Positions 7,331 through 15,334 of a stretch of DNA of 24,000 nt are shown here, one piece after another. Origin of the DNA: Bacillota bacterium (GTDB lineage Bacteria > Bacillota > Clostridia > Christensenellales > SZUA-584); the NCBI GenBank assembly GCA_023436115.1, contig JAEZKQ010000003.1, positions 73,846-97,845 of the forward strand, written 5' to 3'. The notes beneath the pieces were generated by a model. It saw only the letters and a list, made by a program, of their open reading frames with translations, was not told where the DNA came from and ran no database searches. The position numbers and the translations under genes were made by a program. How positions within the stretch are numbered: position 1 is the stretch's first letter; each line of letters opens with the position of its first letter.

Positions 7331-7520
7331 TTTTCTTGGTAACCGCAAAAATCACGAGGCGTAAAAACCGCTGTTTATCACCGCCAGAACTCGTATCGGG
7401 CTTTTGTTCCCCGACCGATTCAAGACGGTATATTTACAGAGAATTAAGCGTAAAATCTTTATTATGGCTAATAAATGTATGAAGCATTTCACATAAATCA
7501 TTATAAGGAGGTTACTGCAA

Positions 7521-8423
7521 ATGAGTGTTGAATGTCTTGTTGATATACCCCGGTTCAAAGACAAGATTGACGAATGCTTCATAAAGCCGGACTTCGCTCC
7601 CAAACACCACCTTTTTCCCGTGGTCAAACGCCACGCACCGCTCGTCGATTCCGCGTTCTGCTATGTTTTCAAGTTCTATCTGGCATATTGGAATAAAGAC
7701 AAAGTGTTTTCATCGGCCTGGATTGCAGACAGCATACTTGAAAACCCATTATTTAAAGTACTGACACCAAAAGCCGATTACACAAAAATACTCGATATGA
7801 TTGCAGCGGCAAAAAACGCTTATGAGAACTTCATGAAAACAGGCGAGCTGACGGAACCGGACATAAAAGCGCTCTTCCGGCTTGGTATGGTCGACAGCTA
7901 TTATAGAAACGGCGAATTGAAGCTGCCGCCGATATCTGCGAAGGATCTATCCGATCTTAAGCACTTAATCAACCTTCTGGAAAAAGAAAAATGGATTGGG
8001 GCCCAGCGTGTCATACTCGACCCGGGTTTTAACGAGGCCGGTTATCTGGTAGAGAGCCCTGCGTGTGATACTGTGTTTGACGACCTGCTTTTCTATATGG
8101 ACAACTCGACGCGACTAGTCTTTGACACCAAGTCGTTTCGCCGGCTTGCCGTCTACTATACTTTATACCGTATTGGCGGGCTTTGCTCTCAGAGCCTGAG
8201 CTGCGATACCGACGTGCCCATAAGCAGGCTTGGCCTGTACTACTCACGGTTTGGCGTTATCTATTCCTTTAACGTTGAGGAGATTATTTCTGAAAATGTA
8301 TTCGATCAGTTTGCCAGATGGTTTATCGATGCCTGCCGACATGAATATATTAACGACCCCACAGTCAGAAGAGCCGCGGAAAAATGCGCGGAGTATTATC
8401 AAAGCAGGTCGCCGATCGGATAA
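7521..8423 (+). CDS. Hypothetical protein with a possible PD-(D/E)XK nuclease-fold core
   Basis: 300 aa. AAGGAGG RBS about 7 nt upstream of the ATG. The segment ILDPGFNEAGYLVESPACDTVFDDLLFYMDNSTRLVFDTKSFRRLAVYYTLY resembles the D...(D/E)xK arrangement (aspartates, then hydrophobic strand + D-T-K) of restriction-endonuclease-like proteins. No other family recognised. Confidence 0.35.
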   Translation: MSVECLVDIPRFKDKIDECFIKPDFAPKHHLFPVVKRHAPLVDSAFCYVFKFYLAYWNKDKVFSSAWIADSILENPLFKVLTPKADYTKILDMIAAAKNAYENFMKTGELTEPDIKALFRLGMVDSYYRNGELKLPPISAKDLSDLKHLINLLEKEKWIGAQRVILDPGFNEAGYLVESPACDTVFDDLLFYMDNSTRLVFDTKSFRRLAVYYTLYRIGGLCSQSLSCDTDVPISRLGLYYSRFGVIYSFNVEEIISENVFDQFARWFIDACRHEYINDPTVRRAAEKCAEYYQSRSPIG

Positions 8424-8433
8424 TCATGCGTAT

Positions 8434-8460
8434 AAAAAAACGATACGGCAAAGCGTATCG
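8434..8460 (-). terminator. Rho-independent terminator (minus orientation) in the convergent intergenic region
   Basis: Stem CGATACG (8441-8447) / CGTATCG (8454-8460), loop GCAAAG. An A7 run at 8434-8440 gives a T7 tail on the minus strand. Confidence 0.5.
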
Positions 8461-8495
8461 ATCCAGCTTGCTCTGAAAACCTTCGGTTTTTCGTC

Positions 8496-8533
8496 AGGCA
8501 TGAATACGGGGACGTTTTCCCGCATTCATGCCT
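8496..8533. terminator. Long imperfect hairpin between convergent genes (possible bidirectional terminator or RNA-stability element)
   Basis: AGGCATGAATACGGGGA (8496-8512), loop CGTT, then TTCCCGCATTCATGCCT (8517-8533). 17-bp stem with 2 mismatches. No clean U-tract on either strand. Confidence 0.35.
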
Positions 8534-8543
8534 TATAAGAGAC

Positions 8544-9581
8544 TTATATTGTTTCGCTTTTTAAAGAACCCTTTATGCCGCGGTAAAGCGTCACACCCGT
8601 ATCCGACACATACCCTATGGTTGAGAGTATGACGATGACTGTGGGCAGCAGCTTCCAAAATGCCAGCGCTCCTTGGCTCGCAAACAGTTCGATTCCCGTT
8701 GCGGCATGAAGATCGGGCAGAAAGCTTTGGTTCCAGATCGCGGGCGGCAGGAATATCACGATGTTGAGAATCAGCATCGCAATGTTGATAGCTACGATGG
8801 AAAGACTTATCGGCAGTGTATAGCGCCCCGCAATGAGCCGCAGCAAATCTTTAAGCATGCCAAGGCAAATCATCACATTAATCAGCAGCAGCAGCGAACG
8901 CAGCATCTCAAGGTTGAACACTGGTACGGAAACCATCCCGTCCGTAGCCACCACATATCCCAATATCCAAGGTATCGCGTTGAATATCACCAGACCCAGT
9001 ACGCCAAACACAAGCCCCACAATGGGCTCGCTGCGTTTTATCGTCAGCGTGTCTTTCTTATTCGCCGATGGTACGGGCGGCAGATCTTTTGGATTCCAGT
9101 TCTCATTCTTCCACGGTGCATTCTTGCCGAAATGCTCGGCCAGTGCAAATGCCAGCGTCACATAGGCAAACGCCTGAACAAGCCCGCTGATGATCGATCC
9201 AAACGTATGCGCCACTGCGCTGATGGCATGCTGCGGTGGTGTGGCTACGCTGCTCACGATGAGCGCCACGACAAGAGCGAACCCTGTCGCCGCGAGCACG
9301 ATTTTGAGCACCAGCAAATAGATGTCGAAATAGTTCGGCCCGATCAAATATCTTTTACTGCCGCGATACTTCGCAGCCAAGTCCCAGGGGCGCCCCAGTT
9401 CTTTGAGTACAGCGGTCACATCCTCCACTGCGGGCGGCATGCCGCCCGTACGTGCTTGCAGCATATCGTCGATCAGGCTTCTTAATTCCTTTTCAATATC
9501 GACGCGCTGATCCTGGGGCAGCCTCCGCGTTACATCATACACATACCTGTCAATCAGATCTTTGACTTTGTAATCGCTCAT
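8544..9581 (-). CDS. PadR-associated membrane protein (HAAS / permease-prefix-like N-terminal helix domain + polytopic membrane domain)
   Basis: 345 aa. The N-terminus (VKDLIDRYVYDVTRRLPQDQRVDIEKELRSLIDDML) is the classic cytoplasmic module found downstream of PadR regulators. It is followed by about 6 hydrophobic segments. 4-nt overlap with the padR-family gene stop. Confidence 0.65.
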   Translation of the reverse strand: MSDYKVKDLIDRYVYDVTRRLPQDQRVDIEKELRSLIDDMLQARTGGMPPAVEDVTAVLKELGRPWDLAAKYRGSKRYLIGPNYFDIYLLVLKIVLAATGFALVVALIVSSVATPPQHAISAVAHTFGSIISGLVQAFAYVTLAFALAEHFGKNAPWKNENWNPKDLPPVPSANKKDTLTIKRSEPIVGLVFGVLGLVIFNAIPWILGYVVATDGMVSVPVFNLEMLRSLLLLINVMICLGMLKDLLRLIAGRYTLPISLSIVAINIAMLILNIVIFLPPAIWNQSFLPDLHAATGIELFASQGALAFWKLLPTVIVILSTIGYVSDTGVTLYRGIKGSLKSETI

Positions 9582-9904
9582 TGTTTTCCCTCCTCATGAA
9601 TGAGCCTGTTAATGCTTTGGGTCAATTCATCCCATTCACTGCATAAAAAATGATAAATCCTTTTGCCTGCGTCACTGAGCAGATAATACTTGCGTGGCTT
9701 CGGGCCGGACGTTTCCCACTCGCTTGAGAGCAATCCTTGCGTTTCCAGGCGTCTTAGCAGCGGATACAGCGTTCCGGGCTCAATGCTCATGCCAGCACCC
9801 GAGAGTTCTTCCACGAGCGCGTAGCCGTATTTAGGCGTTTTCAAACGGCTCAGCACACACAGCGTCACGGTCCCGCGGCGCAGCTCCTGCTCCAAATTGG
9901 TCAT
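9578..9904 (-). CDS. PadR family transcriptional regulator
   Basis: LRRGTVTLCVLSRLKTPKYGYALVEEL...IEPGTLYPLLRRLETQGLLSSEWE...PRKYYLLSDAGK is the canonical PadR winged helix. The track start at 9973 is the TTG inside the TTGACA -35 box, so it is spurious. Plausible starts are ATG 9904 (MTNLEQELRRG) or TTG 9925, which has GAGGTG 5 nt upstream. Confidence 0.85.
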   Translation of the reverse strand: MTNLEQELRRGTVTLCVLSRLKTPKYGYALVEELSGAGMSIEPGTLYPLLRRLETQGLLSSEWETSGPKPRKYYLLSDAGKRIYHFLCSEWDELTQSINRLIHEEGKQ

Positions 9905-9943
9905 AATTGCGTTGTAATCTTCCAAGCTCCTCACCTCATTCCG

Positions 9944-9973
9944 ATTATACTGTGTGCCGCACACTATTGTCAA
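9944..9973 (-). promoter_or_regulatory. Sigma-70-type promoter of the padR operon with an embedded palindromic operator candidate
   Basis: On the minus strand: TTGACA (9973-9968), 18-nt spacer, TATAAT (9949-9944). The spacer contains the perfect 6-1-6 palindrome GTGTGC-C-GCACAC (9952-9964). Confidence 0.6.
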
Positions 9974-10135
9974 TACTCTATTATTTTATTTTTGCTTATA
10001 ATACTATTCATTTTATAATAAAGTGATGTACATAACCAATAGATATTCGGAATACTTTAGACAAATGTAGAACAATAAATAAATTCCTTTATTCGTTTGT
10101 TTATACGCCATTTTCCTCACGAATTCATATAACTC

Positions 10136-10163
10136 TTGACATTTACAAATATCAATATATACT
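10136..10163 (+). promoter_or_regulatory. Near-consensus sigma-70-type promoter with no obvious downstream gene
   Basis: TTGACA (10136-10141), 16-nt spacer, TATACT (10158-10163). Downstream lie a hairpin (GCCATACA 10199-10206 / TGTATGGC 10233-10240) and only short, non-protein-like ORFs until hppA at 10856. Confidence 0.4.
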
Positions 10164-10855
10164 GTAACTTGGTTGAGGATTTGAATTCTTTTTTCAGTGC
10201 CATACATCGTGACATTATCAATTAAAATAACGTGTATGGCCGTGATAAATAATCATTTTATTTTAGGGAAAGTATTATGGGAGAACTGCTTAAGGGATTT
10301 TCAAACTTGTTATGGCAAAACGGTTTTGGTCCTGTTATCGGGCTTTTACCCGCTATATTTCTCATCAAAAAGCAGTCCCGACCCATGTTTTTACTTCCTT
10401 TTCTCATATCAGACCACTTTTCGTTGACGGCAATAGCCAATGCCAATCATAACACTTTATTTGGAGCAGCTTACGGCAATGTCAGGCTGCGGCCTATTTT
10501 CGGGTGTTTGGTTTGCAAAGCGCATCTGCCTGTCACATAGAAAGTGTTCCTTGCTCAGCAGACCAAAGCTCGTTCGTTTTGTCTGCCACGAGCACCTATC
10601 TATTTCTTAAAGGTAAGAGAGTCAAATTGAATACTTGTGCCCGATTGAATAACCAAGCTTGTATGCTTGTTATGAATTCTGACTGCCTGATTATGGATAA
10701 AGGAGGTTTTTATTAATAAATGGTTATAATAATGACAGTCAGTCGCATAAGTCAAAAGTCTTTCATTTCTTGCCTTGTTATAAAGCTATAATTATTTATT
10801 TTAAAATGCGGGAAAATTTAAATTTTAAATTTTTCTAACTAAAAGGAAGGACAAT

Positions 10856-12943
10856 ATGGATAATTTACTCTTGTTTGAAATTGTTGGTGTTGTTATCTCA
10901 TTGCTGGCCTTTGCTGTTGCGTTATACTTCTATCTTTGGATCAAGAAGCTGCCCAAAGGCACAGCAGACATGGAACATATCGGCATGATGATTAAAAAGG
11001 GCTCCCGGGCTTTTTTGAGAAGAGAGTATAAGACTCTTGCTTGGTTTGTCTTGGTGGCTGCAGTCATTATTTTCGTGCTTCTGCCAACACCTATATGGGC
11101 CGAGAATGTGAATATACTCGAAAATATCGCGATGACAGTTGCGTATATCGCCGGTTCCGTTTTCTCGGCATTAGCCGGAAAGATTGGTATCGAAGTGGCG
11201 ACCATCGCAAACGTACGGTCTGCCGTTGCAGCGAAGACCGGCATTGCCAAAGCGTTCTCTACGGCTTTTAGAGGCGGCGCTGTCATGGGTATGGCGGTTG
11301 TGGGTTCCGCGCTTCTGGGCTGCTCACTGCTGCTGCTCATCACGAACGATGACACAGCCGTTTTAGGATTCTCCTTCGGCGCTTCCACGCTGGCCTTGTT
11401 TGCAAAAGCAGGCGGCGGTATCTTCACCAAAACAGCGGATATCTCTGCTGACCTTGTCGGCAAGGTAGAGCTTGGCTTTGAAGAAGACGATCCGAGAAAC
11501 CCTGCCGTTATCGCAGACAACGTCGGCGACAACGTGGGTGACGTTGCCGGTATGGGCGCAGACCTGTTCGACTCGAACGTTGCCGCGTTTGCCGCAGCCA
11601 CGATCATCGGTATGATACTCAACAGAGTGGACATGGTGCTCTGCTACACAGCTATGGGTCTTTTGGCTTCCATTATCGGCGTTCTGCTCTCTAAAATGGG
11701 CAAGAGCAACGATCCCGGAAAAGCACTCAACAGAGGTACATACATCACGACCGCGCTTTACGCGATACTGACTGCGGGCGCTTCGATCCTCTTCAAATAC
11801 GACTTCCGCTTCTGGGGCGCCACATTCGTCGGCCTCCTCGTGGGCGTTGTGATCGGTCTTGCTACGGACTACTTTACAAACGATGCGAAAAAGCCTGTGC
11901 AGCATGTTGCTAAGTCGAGCCAATCCGGCCCCGCATTCACCATACTGAGCGGCGTGGCCTCCGGCTTCAGAAGCGCATTCCCGGCTTTGCTCGGTATCGG
12001 TATTTCGGCAGCTGCTGCTTACTTCATTTGCTATCCGCTGGGCGGAAACGACCCCGCGCTGTGCACGCAGTATGCGATGTTTGGAATTTCTATGGCCGCT
12101 TTGGGCATGCTGTCCATCGTTGGCATGATTGTGTCCAATGACGCGTTTGGTCCTATTGTGGACAACTCCCGCGGTCTGGCTGAAATGGGCGGACTCGGCG
12201 AAGACGTCATCAAGATCACAGACGAGCTCGACTCAGCGGGCAACACCGTTAAAGCCATCACCAAAGGCTTTGCTATCAGCGCTGCCGGCCTTACGGTTAT
12301 CGCTCTTCTGGCTTCGTTCCTCGAAATCGCGAAGGTTTACAACCCGGATATCACAGGCTTTGATATCATGAATCCGATCGTGTTCTTCGGGCTGCTGGCC
12401 GGTGTGGCTATCCCCGCTCTATTCTCTGCCATGCTGATTATGGGTGTTGACAGAAACGCTCAGCGCATGGTTACTGAAATACACAGGCAGTTTGATGAAA
12501 TACCCGGGTTAAAGGAAGGCAAGCCCGGCGCTTATCCCGAGTATGAAAAGTGCATCGATATCGCCACCAAAGGCGCTATCCGCGAGCTCATACCGGCCGG
12601 TTTAATGGCTATCGTCGTCACGCTTGTAATCGGCTTCTTAGGCGGCATTCAGGCGATCGGCGGCTTCCTCACCGGCAATATCGTGTCCGGTCTGCTGCTG
12701 GCTCTGTTCATGTCCAACTCCGGCGGCACATGGGACAATGCCAAGAAGTACATCGAAGCCGGAAACTTCGGTGGCAAGGGAAGCAACGCGCACAAAGCTG
12801 CTGTTATCGGCGACACCGTTGGCGATCCTTTCAAGGATACAGCCGGCCCCTCGATCAACACGCAGATTACTGTTGTCACGCTGGTTGCCAACCTGACAGC
12901 GGTGCTTTTCAGCTCAATATCTATTTTCGGAAACCTCTTCTAA
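10856..12943 (+). CDS. hppA: Membrane-integral pyrophosphatase, probably the K+-independent H+-translocating subtype
   Basis: 695 aa, about 16 TM segments. Signature blocks: GGGIFTKTADISADLVGKVE, NPAVIADNVGDNVGDVAGMGADLF, DNAKKYIE and GDTVGDPFKDTAGPS. The GNTVKAITKG segment carries the Lys/Thr pair reported (Belogurov and Lahti) for K+-independent enzymes, instead of Ala/Gly. AAGGAAGG RBS upstream. Confidence 0.9.
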   Translation: MDNLLLFEIVGVVISLLAFAVALYFYLWIKKLPKGTADMEHIGMMIKKGSRAFLRREYKTLAWFVLVAAVIIFVLLPTPIWAENVNILENIAMTVAYIAGSVFSALAGKIGIEVATIANVRSAVAAKTGIAKAFSTAFRGGAVMGMAVVGSALLGCSLLLLITNDDTAVLGFSFGASTLALFAKAGGGIFTKTADISADLVGKVELGFEEDDPRNPAVIADNVGDNVGDVAGMGADLFDSNVAAFAAATIIGMILNRVDMVLCYTAMGLLASIIGVLLSKMGKSNDPGKALNRGTYITTALYAILTAGASILFKYDFRFWGATFVGLLVGVVIGLATDYFTNDAKKPVQHVAKSSQSGPAFTILSGVASGFRSAFPALLGIGISAAAAYFICYPLGGNDPALCTQYAMFGISMAALGMLSIVGMIVSNDAFGPIVDNSRGLAEMGGLGEDVIKITDELDSAGNTVKAITKGFAISAAGLTVIALLASFLEIAKVYNPDITGFDIMNPIVFFGLLAGVAIPALFSAMLIMGVDRNAQRMVTEIHRQFDEIPGLKEGKPGAYPEYEKCIDIATKGAIRELIPAGLMAIVVTLVIGFLGGIQAIGGFLTGNIVSGLLLALFMSNSGGTWDNAKKYIEAGNFGGKGSNAHKAAVIGDTVGDPFKDTAGPSINTQITVVTLVANLTAVLFSSISIFGNLF

Positions 12944-12957
12944 GAACTAAGTCAAAA

Positions 12958-12983
12958 GGCGCAGCAAATGCTGCGCCTTTTTT
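12958..12983 (+). terminator. Rho-independent terminator of hppA
   Basis: Stem GGCGCAGC (12958-12965) / GCTGCGCC (12970-12977), loop AAAT, then T6 (12978-12983). Confidence 0.85.
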
Positions 12984-13098
12984 ACTTGGCGAAAAACCTT
13001 TAGTTTTCTTCCTGCCGTGTCTTGCCGGTACTGCAACCGCTCATGTCCGGGCAAGCGTCCGAATAAACTTTTATCAGAAAGTATTCGGAGGGATGACG

Positions 13099-13920
13099 AT
13101 GGGTTACTATGTTGCCGTTGAAGAGGGCGTGAAAGTTTATGTGGAAGATGTAAATCCTTCAGGTGCACATACATTGCTGCTGCTGCACGGTTGGCCGCTG
13201 GATCACAACGCTTTTGAATACCAGTTTGACCAGCTCCCCAAGCTGGGCATCCGATGCATCGGCATGGATACACGCGGTTTCGGTCAATCCGACCGTCCAT
13301 GGCACGGCTACGATTACAACCGTCTCGCGGATGATGTGCGTGCCGTGATCGACACGCTGGGCCTCAGAAACATCACACTAGCCGGGCACTCTATGGGCGG
13401 CGCCATCGCCATACGATATATAGGACGCCACGATGCCTATGGCGTAACCAAGCTTGCCTTGTTTGGCGCTGCAGCCCCGAGCTTTACTTTCCGGACCGAT
13501 TTCCCTCACGGCATGAAGCAGGATGATGTGACCGAACTGATTGCCCAGACGCGTAGCAACCGCCCAGATCTGCTGCGAAAATTCAACGACATGTTCTTTC
13601 ATCAGTATATTTCCACACCGCTTTCGGAATGGTTCTTCTATATGGGCCTTAAAGCCGCAGGCTGGGCCACGGCGGCTTGTCTCGTCACACTGCGCGACAG
13701 CACCCTGTTTGGTGACCTTGCCAAGATTCGCGTGCCCACGCTGATACTCCACGGCGTACACGACCGTGTCTGTCCGTTTGCGATCGGTGAAGCGCAACAT
13801 CATTTCATCGGCAGCTCTGTAATGGTTCCCTATGAACAAAGCGGTCACGGCCTGTTTTACGAACAGCGCGACAAGTTCAATTCCGATCTCTCCCGCTTCG
13901 TGGGCATGAATATGGCATAA
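13099..13920 (+). CDS. Alpha/beta hydrolase (non-haem haloperoxidase / arylesterase-like family)
   Basis: HGWPLDHNAFEYQ..., nucleophile elbow GHSMGG, and a C-terminal HGVHD...GHG region. The track ORF 12550-13920 is an artefactual upstream extension overlapping hppA and its terminator. GGAGG at 13087-13091 favours ATG 13099 (or 13093). Confidence 0.85.
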   Translation: MGYYVAVEEGVKVYVEDVNPSGAHTLLLLHGWPLDHNAFEYQFDQLPKLGIRCIGMDTRGFGQSDRPWHGYDYNRLADDVRAVIDTLGLRNITLAGHSMGGAIAIRYIGRHDAYGVTKLALFGAAAPSFTFRTDFPHGMKQDDVTELIAQTRSNRPDLLRKFNDMFFHQYISTPLSEWFFYMGLKAAGWATAACLVTLRDSTLFGDLAKIRVPTLILHGVHDRVCPFAIGEAQHHFIGSSVMVPYEQSGHGLFYEQRDKFNSDLSRFVGMNMA

Positions 13921-14013
13921 GGTTAGCCTGAAAGCCTCTGACGGTCACTCTGAACGTTTTAACGTGAAGAGTCGCGCTATTCGCAAAGGAACGCATAAAA
14001 AGGAAATGAGGCC

Positions 14014-14484
14014 ATGAGAAAAGCATTTCAACCGATTGTCATGCTCATTATTCTAATATTGGGGCTTCATTTGTTATTATGTGTTGTGCTGTATCCGTCA
14101 GCTAAACCCTATCAACCACCGGAACAATCAAGAGAAAAACTATATCAAGATATTTTTATTTCGTTGCTGCTGCCATACATCCAGAACGAAGTTGACCAAT
14201 ACTATTCGCAATACCTCACAGAGCCCCCTATGGTTGCTCCTTATACAGTTACTGTGCTGAGCACCGCAAGACCAAACGGATATCGGACATTCTGTTTTAG
14301 ACTAAAGCTTCAGGTTAAGTCTTATATAGGGCCGCATATCAGTGTCGGTCTTGATGAGATCACTTTGACTGTAGATGGCTCCGGAAATGTGAAAGTTGAG
14401 AAGTATGAACATATAAAAAGCTATAAGCTGCCCCCAAACTATGAGGATATCATAAAGGAAGGTTATGATAATCCGATTCCTTAA
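14014..14484 (+). CDS. Membrane-anchored/secreted small protein, DUF3888-like
   Basis: 156 aa. N-terminal hydrophobic anchor, then LLPYIQNEVDQYY...PYTVTVLSTARPNGYRTFCFRLKLQVKSYIGPHISVGLDEITLTV. I remember this pattern from the Bacillus/Clostridium DUF3888 family. About 38% GC. Confidence 0.5.
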   Translation: MRKAFQPIVMLIILILGLHLLLCVVLYPSAKPYQPPEQSREKLYQDIFISLLLPYIQNEVDQYYSQYLTEPPMVAPYTVTVLSTARPNGYRTFCFRLKLQVKSYIGPHISVGLDEITLTVDGSGNVKVEKYEHIKSYKLPPNYEDIIKEGYDNPIP

Positions 14485-14673
14485 TATATTTGGCGATGTC
14501 ATAGAAAAATGCAGATAATAAGTTGATCGATTTTGGTTCTCTGGATAAAGTACTGTAAACATATACAAAATGTATTTAGTTAAATAACGACATAACATAT
14601 AGAAGCTTCAACATAATATAACACTATATCCAATTATGTGATATAATAAGCTATACTTTTGTTGGAGTGATGA

Positions 14674-15051
14674 ATGAAAGACAGAACACTGTTGGGTGTC
14701 TATTCAGAACTATATAATCAACTACTTGGTATCAATTTGCCTACGACAGAGATATGGCAATACCCGGGATTTGAAAAACATGTGGCAAAAAAACATAAAA
14801 ACTGCCTATGCTACATAGACAAAATTAAAGAAATAATTAATAATCCCGATTACATAAGTGTTAATAGTAAGATACCAAATAGTATTGAATTTATTAAACG
14901 ATATTCAGACATAATTCTACTATCTGTTAATCTTGATATGAATAATGGTTATTTGTACGTTTCAAGCTTATATAATATAGAAGAAGCAAAACTTGATAGA
15001 AAACGGCATTCTGGTAAACTATGTCAATTATTTGACAAATGTGAATTATAG
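14674..15051 (+). CDS. Small phage/plasmid-type protein, possibly a PBECR (Barnase-EndoU-ColicinE5/D-RelE-like) nuclease domain
   Basis: 125 aa. GGAGTG RBS. The pattern ...GFEKHVAKKHKNCLCYIDKIKEIINNPDYISVN...IEFIKRY...LLSVNLDMNNGYLYVSSLYNI...KLDRKRHSGKL matches my recollection of this family: H..K(R)H, then I..II.NPDY, then Y(V/I).(T/S).Y. About 30% GC. Confidence 0.4.
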   Translation: MKDRTLLGVYSELYNQLLGINLPTTEIWQYPGFEKHVAKKHKNCLCYIDKIKEIINNPDYISVNSKIPNSIEFIKRYSDIILLSVNLDMNNGYLYVSSLYNIEEAKLDRKRHSGKLCQLFDKCEL

Positions 15052-15181
15052 ATGTATAATATCAACAAGAAAACAGTATAATCTTTTACGGATTGTTGAG
15101 GATCGGAAAAGGTGCCCGACACGCCCTAGTGGTTAAAAGGTATGCAGGATACGCCGCCCTGCCAGCAATCCGCGTTTTAAA

Positions 15182-15210
15182 GGGGAATTCAATATTGAGT
15201 TCCCCTTTTT
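15182..15210 (+). terminator. Rho-independent terminator closing the AT-rich islet
   Basis: GGGGAATTCAAT/ATTGAGTTCCCC long palindromic stem (15182-15205), followed by T5 (15206-15210). Confidence 0.7.
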
Positions 15211-15334
15211 ATATATTTTGTTGTGGTGCCATATCAAACATATCATTATCTAGATTCATCATCTGTTGTTCGCCATATTTAGGGGTGACCTTTGCAGTAA
15301 TCGGTTAAATCTGCTAATTACCCGAAGCATACCT

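Noticed and set aside
12550-13098. N-terminal 180-aa extension of the alpha/beta hydrolase ORF
   Set aside because: It overlaps the 3' end of hppA and runs through the hppA terminator (12958-12983). The translation is Arg-rich nonsense. A GGAGG RBS and a hydrolase-like N-terminus begin at 13093/13099.
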